Shown one piece after another: positions 30,380 through 39,829 of a stretch of 64,000 bases of DNA (its first letter is position 1; every line of letters starts with the position of its first letter). Source of the DNA: a virus; IMG/VR virus record IMGVR_UViG_3300037963_003719, positions 44,335-108,334 of that record, one strand, 5' to 3'. The notes under the pieces were generated by a model. That model saw only the letters and a list, made by a program, of their open reading frames with translations. It had not been told where the DNA came from and made no database searches. The position numbers were made by a program, and so were the translations under genes.

Positions 30380-31480
30380 ATGCCTCGTATGTCTAACCTC
30401 AACGTAAACGAAGTCACTCATTACCTGACTGAAACCTATGGTAGTCAGATCAACACCGAGGCAGTTCTCGCAGCTGCTGATGTGTTTGATGTCTCTTATC
30501 CCACAATTTGCAAACGTCTTGAAATGTACAAAACTGGTCGTGGCAAGTGGGACCTGACTGTCCAAGAAAAATTCGAGCAGACCTATCAAGCACCTAGTGC
30601 TATGCCTGCTGTAGAGCAAAACCTTATTCCACAGACCGATGATTCCTTCGTCAAGTTCGGCAATTATAGCGACATTCGCAAGATTATCCAATCGAAAGTG
30701 TTTTATCCGACGTTCATTACAGGTCTTTCTGGCAACGGTAAAACGTTCTCTGTCGAACAAGCGTGTGCTCAACTCGGACGAGAACTCATCCGTGTAAACA
30801 TTACTATCGAAACCGATGAAGATGATCTTATTGGCGGTTTCCGCCTTGTTGATGGCAGCACCGTCTGGCACAATGGCCCAGTCGTGGAAGCACTCGAACG
30901 AGGTGCTATCCTGCTCCTTGACGAAATCGACCTTGCCTCTAATAAAATTCTCTGTCTCCAGTCAATTCTTGAAGGGAAAGGAGTATTCCTTAAAAAGATC
31001 GGCAAACGGGTTGACCCTGCAAGTGGATTCAACATCTTCGCCACAGCAAACACTAAAGGTAAAGGTTCAGACGACGGACGATTCATTGGAACTAACGTGC
31101 TCAACGAAGCATTCCTAGAGCGTTTCCCTGTTACCTTTGAGCAAGAGTATCCTTCTGCTTCTATCGAGAAGAAGATTCTCTCTGCCTCCTGTGATGATGA
31201 GAACTTTGTTTCTCACTTGGTTGACTGGGCAGGCATCATCCGTAAGACATTCTATGATGGTGGCATTGATGAGTTGATCTCAACTCGTCGTCTTGTTCAC
31301 ATCATTCGTGCTTACACCATTTTCTCTGATAAAGCAAAGGCAATCAAGGTCTGCCTGAATCGCTTTGACGATGAAACAAAACAATCTTTCCTTGAACTCT
31401 ATGATAAAGTCGATGCAGACATCCAACTTGAAGAATCTATGGAACCAGTACAAGAAGGTTCTATGGGAAACATTTCCTGA
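30380..31480 (+). CDS. cobS: CobS-like MoxR AAA+ ATPase
   Basis: GLSGNGKT, LLLDEID, ATANTKG, NEAFLERF, STRRL. Confidence 0.9.
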   Translation: MPRMSNLNVNEVTHYLTETYGSQINTEAVLAAADVFDVSYPTICKRLEMYKTGRGKWDLTVQEKFEQTYQAPSAMPAVEQNLIPQTDDSFVKFGNYSDIRKIIQSKVFYPTFITGLSGNGKTFSVEQACAQLGRELIRVNITIETDEDDLIGGFRLVDGSTVWHNGPVVEALERGAILLLDEIDLASNKILCLQSILEGKGVFLKKIGKRVDPASGFNIFATANTKGKGSDDGRFIGTNVLNEAFLERFPVTFEQEYPSASIEKKILSASCDDENFVSHLVDWAGIIRKTFYDGGIDELISTRRLVHIIRAYTIFSDKAKAIKVCLNRFDDETKQSFLELYDKVDADIQLEESMEPVQEGSMGNIS

Positions 31481-32051
31481 TCTTCAATTAGCAGATACCT
31501 GGGCACAGTGGTCTAACAAAGATGCTAACCTCTGTGCCAGTATCTACAAAAACCCCTACATCATCAAGTCCAGAGAAGTTGAGATATGGGATAAGAAATC
31601 CTCTATCTACAACAACATCATCTACCCAAAGACAGGAGCAAACCTACCTTGCTTTGGAATGGACTTGATGGGATTTTTTGAAAAGAAAGTCATTTTAGTA
31701 TTTGACTTCCAACATCCTGTAGAGAATCATTTGTTCTCAGTTCCTGGGTTGCCGAAAGCAGAAGGAACATTTAGATTCTTTGAACCAGGCAATCACTTCT
31801 CTGAGAATGTGTATGTTAGGAAATGCACAATGTCAGAAGTTAACAATTACCTTGATGACTTCCGTGCCTATTTACAAGCATACAAATCTATGCTAGAATC
31901 AGAGAAACCTAATGGGTTTGAAACATCTACTTACGGCGACTTCGACAAATACATGAAGAAGTTAGATCCCGTGAGTGGTTATCTTGACAGCAAGTTTGGC
32001 AAAGAGAAATCTGAGTCACTTGTAAATGATTTTTTATTTTGCTATGACTAA
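31413..32051 (+). CDS. pebS: phycoerythrobilin synthase
   Basis: IYNNIIYPKTGANLPCFGMDLM..VFDFQHP..RFFEPGNHFS..LDPV, as in cyanophage PebS; start uncertain. Confidence 0.9.
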   Translation: MQTSNLKNLWNQYKKVLWETFPDLQLADTWAQWSNKDANLCASIYKNPYIIKSREVEIWDKKSSIYNNIIYPKTGANLPCFGMDLMGFFEKKVILVFDFQHPVENHLFSVPGLPKAEGTFRFFEPGNHFSENVYVRKCTMSEVNNYLDDFRAYLQAYKSMLESEKPNGFETSTYGDFDKYMKKLDPVSGYLDSKFGKEKSESLVNDFLFCYD

Positions 32052-32400
32052 TTCCTGGTCCTTACTTTATGATGTCTTAAAAGAAATGGATGACATGACT
32101 AACCAAAACCCTAACAGATTTAAATACAGTGAAGAGAAGATCCTCAAAGAATTGAGTGATTACATCTCTGGTACTTACAACGCACATTACTCTGCTGGTA
32201 ATGACAAGATTCAAACTCTTGACTTGATTGATGCCTGTGGTGATGCTGAAGCATTCTGCAGATCTAACATCCTCAAGTATGCCTCTCGCTATGATAAGAA
32301 AGGTACAGCAAGACGTGACATCATCAAGATCATGCACTATGCTGTTCTTTTGATGCACTTCAGCGACAAGTCCACCGAACGTGAAACCTACAACCAGTGA
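32044..32400 (+). CDS. DUF3310-like (putative nucleotide kinase) protein
   Basis: HYS..IQTLDLI..FCRSNILKYASRYDKKG..DIIK. Confidence 0.7.
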   Translation: MTNSWSLLYDVLKEMDDMTNQNPNRFKYSEEKILKELSDYISGTYNAHYSAGNDKIQTLDLIDACGDAEAFCRSNILKYASRYDKKGTARRDIIKIMHYAVLLMHFSDKSTERETYNQ

Positions 32401-33095
32401 CTATGAAACTTTCTGACCGTACAAAATTCATCCTTAAGAATTTTTCTACGATTAACAACTCGATCTATATCAAACCAGGATCTAAGATCTCTACCATCTC
32501 GGTAACCAAGAATGTTTTTGCTAAGGCAGAAGTAAAGGAAGAGTTTCCTGAAGCATTCGCAATCTATGACCTTGGTCAGTTCATCAACGGTTGGGATCTC
32601 TTTGATCAATCACGTGATATTGATTTTGAATTCAACAACGAATCTTATCTTACAATCAAATCTGGACGAAGCAAACTCAAGTATTTTTTCTGTGATCCTG
32701 ATGTTCTGATTGTACCACCAAATAAAGAACTTGATCTTCCTGAAGTACAGTTCTCTTTCAAACTGACAACTGAAGTTCTTGAGTCGTTGCTTAAAGCATC
32801 TAGGGTTCTTCATCTACCTGATCTCTGCCTGGAGTCCAAAGGTGATGACGTATCTCTATCTGTCAAAGACAAAGACAACGAAACATCTAACACTGTTTCT
32901 CACCATGTAGGCAAGTCAGAAACCTCATTCTGTTTTAACTTTAAAATGGAAACCATCAAGATTATTCCTGGTGATTACAATGTTGATGTCTGCACCAGAG
33001 CAGCAAAGTTTACTAGGGTCATCACTGCAGGAGATCCCTTGAGTCATCTTGAATATTTTATTGCTCTTGAACCCGATTCTGAATACGGAGTTTGA
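32397..33095 (+). CDS. g45: sliding clamp gp45
   Basis: LKNFSTINNSI, FAIYDLGQF, YFIALE. Confidence 0.93.
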   Translation: MTMKLSDRTKFILKNFSTINNSIYIKPGSKISTISVTKNVFAKAEVKEEFPEAFAIYDLGQFINGWDLFDQSRDIDFEFNNESYLTIKSGRSKLKYFFCDPDVLIVPPNKELDLPEVQFSFKLTTEVLESLLKASRVLHLPDLCLESKGDDVSLSVKDKDNETSNTVSHHVGKSETSFCFNFKMETIKIIPGDYNVDVCTRAAKFTRVITAGDPLSHLEYFIALEPDSEYGV

Positions 33096-33099
33096 TTAA

Positions 33100-34047
33100 A
33101 TGTCTCGTAATGAATTTCTCTGGGTCGAAAAATATCGACCTAAGAAGATTGATGATTGTATTCTTCCTGAAAGCACTAAGAATACATTCAATGAATTTTT
33201 AACCAGTGGGCAGATTCCTAATCTGCTTTTGTTTGGAACTGCTGGTATTGGTAAAACTACTGTTGCAAAAGCACTCTGTGAACAACTAGGTGCTGACTAT
33301 ATAATCATTAATGGATCCGACGAAGGACGTGCAATTGACACAATACGGAACAAGGTCAAAGATTTTGCTTCGACCCTCTCACTTTCTAGTGAATCCCAGC
33401 ACAAAGTCGTCATTGTTGACGAAGCTGACAACACAACCAGTGATGTACAACTCGCTCTACGGGCAAACATTGAGGCGTTTTATGGTAACTGTAGGTTTAT
33501 TTTCACCTGCAACTACAAAAACAAACTCATCGAACCCTTGCACTCCCGATGTGCAGTCGTCGATTTCTCCATCCCAGGAAAAGAAAAAAAGCAACTGGCA
33601 GGAACCTTCTTCGACCGTCTCAGGTTTATACTTGAGACAGAAGGTGTACAATATGATCCGAAAGTACTTCCACAAATAATCCTAAAGTTCTTCCCTGACT
33701 GGCGTCGTACACTCAATGAGTGTCAACGATATGCAGTTGGTGGAGTTATCGATAGTGGTATTCTTTCTAGTTTGTCTGATGTCAGGTTCAATGAACTGAC
33801 TAATGCATTGAAGGCAAAGAACTACACTACAGTTAAGAAATGGGTGTCTGGTAATCTGGACAATGAACCCTCTCATATTTTTAGGTCCATCTATGATAAT
33901 CTTTATCAGTGTCTGGAACCTAGGACTATTCCTCAGGCGGTATTGATTATTGGCAAGTATCAATACCAATCTGCATTTGTTGCAGATCAGGAAATCAATC
34001 TACTTGCTGCCCTTACTGAAATGATGGTGGAGTGTGAATTCAAATGA
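33100..34047 (+). CDS. g44: clamp loader large subunit gp44
   Basis: LWVEKYRP, GTAGIGKTT, DEAD, LHSRC. Confidence 0.95.
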   Translation: MSRNEFLWVEKYRPKKIDDCILPESTKNTFNEFLTSGQIPNLLLFGTAGIGKTTVAKALCEQLGADYIIINGSDEGRAIDTIRNKVKDFASTLSLSSESQHKVVIVDEADNTTSDVQLALRANIEAFYGNCRFIFTCNYKNKLIEPLHSRCAVVDFSIPGKEKKQLAGTFFDRLRFILETEGVQYDPKVLPQIILKFFPDWRRTLNECQRYAVGGVIDSGILSSLSDVRFNELTNALKAKNYTTVKKWVSGNLDNEPSHIFRSIYDNLYQCLEPRTIPQAVLIIGKYQYQSAFVADQEINLLAALTEMMVECEFK

Positions 34048-34616
34048 ACGTAAATGTTAAAAAGTTATTTAAGACATTTGATTATAGTCGTGCAGACATA
34101 TGGATGTCTCGACATAGTTTTAAAAATGAATCATCAGAAGATAACTTTGATAATGGCAGAGCATTAGAAGAAATTATTCAGTGGGCATCACACCATCTTC
34201 TTTCCAGGGATCCTGGTAAAAATGGATATGATCTTCTTGCTATTGATGATACTACCTTTGAATGTAAAAAGGTTAACTTGAATTCTAAGAAACCAAAGTT
34301 TGTTATCAAGAATGCTCATCCTAGTTCAAAGAAACCACCAAAAATAGTTCTTGCTGATTACTATGTTTTGGGTGATTACAAACAAAGAAAAATTTTGGTA
34401 ATTCCCAAAAACAAAGTCAAGGTAGTTGCCACTGTAAAAGATACTGAGAAGTCAGATTACCACGGATATTTCCAGTGGACTCATCAAGACATTGTTTGGA
34501 TCGGTAATCCTGATTTACATGCTGAGCAATCTTGGGCAAGTATTAAGGGACAGGTTAGGGACTTGCTTTATCATAACAGTTGTGATACCATTGAACCCTC
34601 TAAAGTTTTACTATGA
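34044..34616 (+). CDS. putative PD-(D/E)XK endonuclease
   Basis: GRALEE helix, GYDL, FECK, ADYY pattern. Confidence 0.55.
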   Translation: MNVNVKKLFKTFDYSRADIWMSRHSFKNESSEDNFDNGRALEEIIQWASHHLLSRDPGKNGYDLLAIDDTTFECKKVNLNSKKPKFVIKNAHPSSKKPPKIVLADYYVLGDYKQRKILVIPKNKVKVVATVKDTEKSDYHGYFQWTHQDIVWIGNPDLHAEQSWASIKGQVRDLLYHNSCDTIEPSKVLL

Positions 34617-35458
34617 AGTTGAAAACCCCATTGAGGTATCCTGGTGGAAAATCCAGGGCAGTTAATTTCTTAGACAAGCATCTCCCACAATTTGACAAGT
34701 TCTATGAACCATTCCTAGGTGGTGGTTCTATGGCACTCCACGTGACTCAGACCCGTCCTAGGACAGAGGTGTGGGTCAATGATCTTTACTACCCTTTGTA
34801 TTGCTTCTGGTTGTCTCTTCAGCAACATGGCAAGCGTCTTACGCATGACCTTCGAGAACTGAAGACAGAACTAGGTGAAAGTTTAGATGCCCATCGTGAG
34901 GCATTTGAGAATTCTAAAGCAGCATTGGTAGGAACAGATGAATATCAGATTGGATTTAACTTCTATGTTGTGAACAAGTGTTCATTCAGTGGATTATCTG
35001 AATCATCTTCTTTTAGTAAGATGGCGTCACAGCAGAACTTTACCTTCAGGGGTATTGATAAACTTCCATACATTTCTGAACTGATTCAATTCTGGAGAAT
35101 TACTAATCAGGATTATTCTGAATTGCTTTATGGCACTGATGCATTTGTATTTCTAGATCCTCCTTATGATATCAAGGATAACCTGTATGGTAAAAAAGGA
35201 TCTATGCACAAAGGTTTTGATCATGAACTCTTTGCTGCACAATGTAATAACAGTCAACAAAAATGTATGATTACCTACAACTCTGATGCATTTGTTAAGG
35301 AAAGATTTCCTGAATGGACTGCACAAGAATGGGATCTTACATATACCATGAGATCTACAACAACTTACACACGTGACCAAAAGAAACGTAAAGAACTTCT
35401 TTTAACTAATTATGAGCAAGTACAACCATCCCTTGACGGATTACTTAAAGACGATTAA
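34613..35458 (+). CDS. dam: DNA adenine methyltransferase (D12 class)
   Basis: LRYPGGK, EPFLGGGS, NDL, DPPY. Confidence 0.92.
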   Translation: MKLKTPLRYPGGKSRAVNFLDKHLPQFDKFYEPFLGGGSMALHVTQTRPRTEVWVNDLYYPLYCFWLSLQQHGKRLTHDLRELKTELGESLDAHREAFENSKAALVGTDEYQIGFNFYVVNKCSFSGLSESSSFSKMASQQNFTFRGIDKLPYISELIQFWRITNQDYSELLYGTDAFVFLDPPYDIKDNLYGKKGSMHKGFDHELFAAQCNNSQQKCMITYNSDAFVKERFPEWTAQEWDLTYTMRSTTTYTRDQKKRKELLLTNYEQVQPSLDGLLKDD

Positions 35459-35810
35459 TGAAACCAAAAACAATTTGATGGATGGTGATGATCCAGGTTG
35501 GGAAAAAGAATACCCTTCCTGGGTCATCACTAAGTGTTTGTCACATCATTATGACACGGTGTTGCTTGCGAATGAGATGAATCTCAACTCGCAACTTCCT
35601 AGTAAACTTCAGTATGATTTTTATATAAATATCGTTAGGAAGAGAAAGCGTTTCTCGCCCTGGGATAAGAAAGTAAAACTAGATGATCTTGAGTGTGTCA
35701 AGGAGTACTACAATTATAGTACCGAGAAGGCACAAGCAACTCTAAAGATACTAAATAAAAAACAAATTGAGTTTATTAAATTGAAATTAAACCGTGGAGG
35801 AAAAGCATAA
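35412..35810 (+). CDS. g62: clamp loader small subunit gp62
   Basis: LANEMN..LQYDFY..RKRKRFSPW..VKEYYNYS. Confidence 0.9.
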   Translation: MSKYNHPLTDYLKTINETKNNLMDGDDPGWEKEYPSWVITKCLSHHYDTVLLANEMNLNSQLPSKLQYDFYINIVRKRKRFSPWDKKVKLDDLECVKEYYNYSTEKAQATLKILNKKQIEFIKLKLNRGGKA

Positions 35811-36241
35811 TGTCTCAAGTTGCTGAGGTTCAGTGGACTCGTGAAAGTATGGTAGAGGTGAAACTTTCTCAACCAGATGACTTTCTCAAAGTAAGAGAGA
35901 CCCTTTCTAGAATTGGGGTTGCCTCTCGTAAAGAAAAGAAATTGTATCAATCTTGCCATATTCTTCATAAGCAAGGTAAGTATTACATTGTACATTTTAA
36001 AGAATTGTTTGCTCTTGATGGTAAGACAGCAAACCTGACTCAGAATGATGTTCAGCGTCGTAATAGAATCACTCAACTTCTTTCTGATTGGGGATTGATT
36101 TCTATTGTTAAGACAGAAGAGGTTCTTGATATTGCACCACTTAATCAAATCAAAGTTCTTTCTTATAAAGAGAAAGGCGAGTGGGAACTGGAATCAAAAT
36201 ATAACATCGGAAAAAAGAAAACTGCTCCAGCAGCATCATAA
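35810..36241 (+). CDS. regA: translational repressor RegA
   Basis: DDFLKVRETLSRIG..LYQSCHILHKQGKYYIVHFKELF. Confidence 0.96.
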   Translation: MSQVAEVQWTRESMVEVKLSQPDDFLKVRETLSRIGVASRKEKKLYQSCHILHKQGKYYIVHFKELFALDGKTANLTQNDVQRRNRITQLLSDWGLISIVKTEEVLDIAPLNQIKVLSYKEKGEWELESKYNIGKKKTAPAAS

Positions 36242-36274
36242 CTATAAATAGAGGAGCCACACTCCTCTATTTTT

Positions 36275-36574
36275 ATGTCTGAAAATAAATCAGACGTGAC
36301 TATTGAAGAGAAGGTACAAGATGAAGATAAAAGTGAAGTTCTTGGTAATCTGGTGAAAGTTGTAGTCCTTATCTGGTCTGCTTCCCTTCTCACGTTTAGT
36401 TACGTTCGACTTCCCAACGGTCAAAAGATTTTAGATTTTGACCCCACGTTCATCGCATCTGTGTTTTCTGGATCGCTAGCTGCATTTGGTTTGAGTCCCG
36501 CAAAAAATGGTAGTGCTCCAAAGAAAGCGCCGTCAATCGGTAAAAAGGAGGAACAAAATGCAAAAGGTAATTAA
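36275..36574 (+). CDS. small two-TM membrane protein
   Basis: Two hydrophobic segments, acidic N-terminus, basic C-terminus; late promoter at 36243. Confidence 0.65.
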   Translation: MSENKSDVTIEEKVQDEDKSEVLGNLVKVVVLIWSASLLTFSYVRLPNGQKILDFDPTFIASVFSGSLAAFGLSPAKNGSAPKKAPSIGKKEEQNAKGN

Positions 36575-36782
36575 TGCCTTAGCAGTCCTATCATTCTTAG
36601 GCACTGCATCAATCATCGGCGGAGGTACGTATGTGTACCTACAAAAAGATTCAATCATTGAATCTATTAAAGAACAAGTAACCAAACACGCCACTGAAGC
36701 AATTACAGGTGCTCTTCCTGGTATGGTCGATAGTGCCATGCCTGAGTTACCTGCAGCAACAGGACCCGCTATGCCATTCTAA
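36558..36782 (+). CDS. N-anchored membrane protein
   Basis: MQKVINALAVLSFLG...; GGAGG RBS. Confidence 0.65.
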   Translation: MQKVINALAVLSFLGTASIIGGGTYVYLQKDSIIESIKEQVTKHATEAITGALPGMVDSAMPELPAATGPAMPF

Positions 36783-36784
36783 CC

Positions 36785-37357
36785 ATGAATAAAATTAAGA
36801 TTGCCGCCATTTCTGTTGGCGGTTTATTTGCTGTAGCACATATTGGATTACTGGGTTATGTATTGAAACCGCAATCACGGGTTCAATCACCACCTGCTTT
36901 TAATATTCCCCATGGTCCTTACTCGTCTTATAAAATTCAGGCGGGTAAGGATGGTTATACTATTGAATTTCGTGCAGACGATCCAAAAGTTTTAGAGTCA
37001 ACTAAATCTCTCTATCTTGATAAAGATAAGAGAGGACTCTTTGGTGGTGGTTCTGAACTACGCCAAGAATATCGCACTGACCAGTTCACCCGTGAGGGTA
37101 CTAGAAACTTGGGAGGTGATGTAGGCGAGCAGGGAAAGCATGTAGCAGGAGTAAGCGCCGAGTGTTTAGTGGCGGACGCTGGAGCACGATCACAAGGTGC
37201 GATGGCAGGTAGTGCTATTGCTGCTGGAGTCGCCGTTCCTGCCGTTGCTAGCATCCCCTACGTGGGTTGGTTAGCAGGTGGTTGGGCACTGCTTCTAGGA
37301 CAGAAGATTGGATCCGAAGCAGGATCCCAAGTAGGATCTATATTTAATGATTGCTAA
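36785..37357 (+). CDS. membrane protein with C-terminal glycine zipper
   Basis: N-terminal TM; GAMAGSAIAAG..GWLAGGW..GQKIG. Confidence 0.7.
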   Translation: MNKIKIAAISVGGLFAVAHIGLLGYVLKPQSRVQSPPAFNIPHGPYSSYKIQAGKDGYTIEFRADDPKVLESTKSLYLDKDKRGLFGGGSELRQEYRTDQFTREGTRNLGGDVGEQGKHVAGVSAECLVADAGARSQGAMAGSAIAAGVAVPAVASIPYVGWLAGGWALLLGQKIGSEAGSQVGSIFNDC

Positions 37358-38175
37358 TGGATATTCCAATTATAACTTCTCCCAACATTGATATTCGGGA
37401 GATTGATGTTGCTAATATTGAAGTTCCTAATGTAGTTTCACCTACACAATACACTTCACCAACACCACTTCCCCCACCAGTGGTGTTGAATATTGGTTTG
37501 CCTGTAGTTGATATTCCTGGGTGCGTTGAAGCACACCAGACAAATAACTCTAAGAACAATGCAATTAAAGAAGAAGATCCCAAGGGCACTTATACAGTTT
37601 GTGACGCTGGCGTTCCCAGTTTTAATCCTATTAATTATGAACCTGAACAAATGATTATGACGTATCCTGCTGTTGTTCCAAAGAACAAGACAGATACACC
37701 AAAACCAGAAGTTCCTAAAACTGAAACTCCACCTCCCACCCCTCCTCAAAACGCTAAGGTAGAATGCCCAACCAAAGTTCAAAAGTTACAAGAACCTGTC
37801 GGTACATTAGTAGAGGGTTTCAGGAAGAAAGTCGTTAGATATGAACTCATTGATAAGACATGCGTACAAATTACAGAACCCGTCTCACTCCCAACACAGA
37901 TCGTTGCTGGACTTCCTAGTGGAGGTCAGGTCGTCCAGGTTGGCGGCGTTGCTGTCATTGCAACAACATCAGCACTCATAGCAAAACCGTTGGCAGACCT
38001 ACTATTGAAAGTGGTCAAACCAACGGTTAAGAAAGTTATTAAAAAGATTGCTACTATTCGGGGGAAGACGATTCCTGCTCAATCTGTAAAGGAGCGCCGA
38101 GATGATCAGCGTCAGAGGAGTGTTGCGATTCGTGCTCTTCGTTCTGTGTTCCCGAGGAGGAAGAAGAAGGGATAA
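37357..38175 (+). CDS. Pro-rich protein with C-terminal hydrophobic segment and basic tail
   Basis: ORF track; four Cys, Pro linker, hydrophobic helix. Confidence 0.65.
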   Translation: MDIPIITSPNIDIREIDVANIEVPNVVSPTQYTSPTPLPPPVVLNIGLPVVDIPGCVEAHQTNNSKNNAIKEEDPKGTYTVCDAGVPSFNPINYEPEQMIMTYPAVVPKNKTDTPKPEVPKTETPPPTPPQNAKVECPTKVQKLQEPVGTLVEGFRKKVVRYELIDKTCVQITEPVSLPTQIVAGLPSGGQVVQVGGVAVIATTSALIAKPLADLLLKVVKPTVKKVIKKIATIRGKTIPAQSVKERRDDQRQRSVAIRALRSVFPRRKKKG

Positions 38176-39001
38176 CATGATAATGTGGATGTGTATGTCC
38201 TGGTGGATTGTTTACCACGACATCTGCACATACAGAATAATAAGGACTCCTAGGATGGAACTGAATTCCTTGCTTTAATAATTCTCCACAATTTTTTAAT
38301 CTTCCGATCTCAAAATCTAATCTCTTATTGGCAGTAAGTTGCTTCATCATTGCGATGTTAGCACTTGCTGCCTCTTTGCATTTTGCCTGTAATTCTTTAT
38401 CTAAAGGTTTACTCCATGTCATAGAGAAACCTACACCTAAGTTATAGTTATCTTTTTGTCCTGTTCTTACAGGAACTCTATAAAGAATCGAGCCAGGATT
38501 ATCAGGAGCACCATCTCCAATAGCATTCCCGTCATCATCGAAAGCACCAGTGTTATCCCTCATATCATATACGGGATCAAAATAATAAGGTTCGTAAGGT
38601 TTTGTAGCACTTGCACTTCCAGTTACATATGGAGTGAAATTCATAGTGGGTCCTTGACATTGGATGCCATTCCCATAAGTATTAGTAATATATGGACCCT
38701 GTAAAACCTGAATCGCCTGATTGGTCACCGAGCCAGATGAATTAGCGACTGGACTTGCTGTTGCACTTACACCACCCACATCCGCATGAGCAGGGGCAGT
38801 TACACTTACACTTAGTACAGATAGACATATTGTTTTTATTGCGAGAAAATACTTGTTGTGTCTGTTACGCTTTCTACGACTGTCTCTCTTTGGATAATCG
38901 TATGGTTCTGAAGTCCTGGTCCACTGTACGTCTCCGTAAACTGGAACGCTGCCCCAGGATTTGTTTGAACAAAGGATGGTTTGCTTGTCACTCCTGTCCA
39001 T
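38054..39001 (-). CDS. secreted/outer-membrane-like protein (start uncertain)
   Basis: Signal peptide ending APAHA; amphipathic strand YNLGVGFSMTWSKPL; Cys pairs. Confidence 0.65.
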   Translation of the reverse strand: MDRSDKQTILCSNKSWGSVPVYGDVQWTRTSEPYDYPKRDSRRKRNRHNKYFLAIKTICLSVLSVSVTAPAHADVGGVSATASPVANSSGSVTNQAIQVLQGPYITNTYGNGIQCQGPTMNFTPYVTGSASATKPYEPYYFDPVYDMRDNTGAFDDDGNAIGDGAPDNPGSILYRVPVRTGQKDNYNLGVGFSMTWSKPLDKELQAKCKEAASANIAMMKQLTANKRLDFEIGRLKNCGELLKQGIQFHPRSPYYSVCADVVVNNPPGHTHPHYHVIPSSSSSGTQNEEHESQHSSDADHLGAPLQIEQESSSPE

Positions 39002-39273
39002 TTTGAATTCACTCCATTTATAGTTACATTGTTTGTACCTGTTCCAGGGGACAGGTTCCCACTTGCTGATACTCCTGAACCAGTTGCAGAGTATTGATAC
39101 CCTGTGCTATAGTCCATAGAGTTAATTGTTTCTGTTACTTTTGTTGTCGTCTCCGTGTGGCTCGACATCGATCCCTGTGTGAAGTTTGGGACCACGGGGA
39201 CCGCCTGGGCAGGAGCAAGTATGGCACTTGCACCCACCACAGTCACAGCAGACCAACGAATCATAGTATTCAT
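38836..39273 (-). CDS. secreted beta-rich protein
   Basis: Signal peptide ending APAQA; Thr/Ser-rich. Confidence 0.7.
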   Translation of the reverse strand: MNTMIRWSAVTVVGASAILAPAQAVPVVPNFTQGSMSSHTETTTKVTETINSMDYSTGYQYSATGSGVSASGNLSPGTGTNNVTINGVNSKWTGVTSKPSFVQTNPGAAFQFTETYSGPGLQNHTIIQRETVVESVTDTTSIFSQ

Positions 39274-39287
39274 CGTTAATCTCCTTA

Positions 39288-39785
39288 TCAGTCAATAACG
39301 GTAATCTCGCTTACGAATTGTCCTACAGCAGTTGTGCCAGCACCACCTGCGGTCACCGTAAGTACACCTGCACTAGTTACAGTACCTGCTAGATCTCCAG
39401 CAGAACCTGCATTGTAAGAAAGAACAGAACCGTAGTTAGGAACTTCTCCTACAGTGGGAGCACTGGTTGATACAGCATCAGCTTGAGTATAAGATTGACT
39501 GAAACTGAATGCTGATCCAGCAGTATCTTGAGTAGCAGTAATTGTGCCAGGATTATATACACCAGAGGTAATAGTACCAGCAGATACAGCACCAGCAGTT
39601 GATCCGTCCGTAGTATCGATATTTGATCCTGAGATACTGAACGAGGAACCGATCCTAGTTGCTTGAGTTCTTGCCGCATCAACAGTCAGTTGGACACTGG
39701 ATGCGTGTTTTGTAACAAGTCCGCCAGCATTTGCTGCTGAAGCGGTCATCAATAGCATACTAAAAGCAATGAATGCTTTTTTCAT
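39288..39785 (-). CDS. secreted beta-rich protein
   Basis: MKKAFIAFSMLLMTASAANA signal peptide; minus-strand TAAATA late motif at 39813-39818. Confidence 0.72.
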   Translation of the reverse strand: MKKAFIAFSMLLMTASAANAGGLVTKHASSVQLTVDAARTQATRIGSSFSISGSNIDTTDGSTAGAVSAGTITSGVYNPGTITATQDTAGSAFSFSQSYTQADAVSTSAPTVGEVPNYGSVLSYNAGSAGDLAGTVTSAGVLTVTAGGAGTTAVGQFVSEITVID

Positions 39786-39829
39786 TTGGATTTAGATATT
39801 CAACGCTAATTTTATTTAGACATAAATAC

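Noticed and set aside
30380-31480. Cobalamin synthesis role for cobS
   Set aside because: No cobN or other cob genes are present; a generic MoxR/vWA pair explains it better
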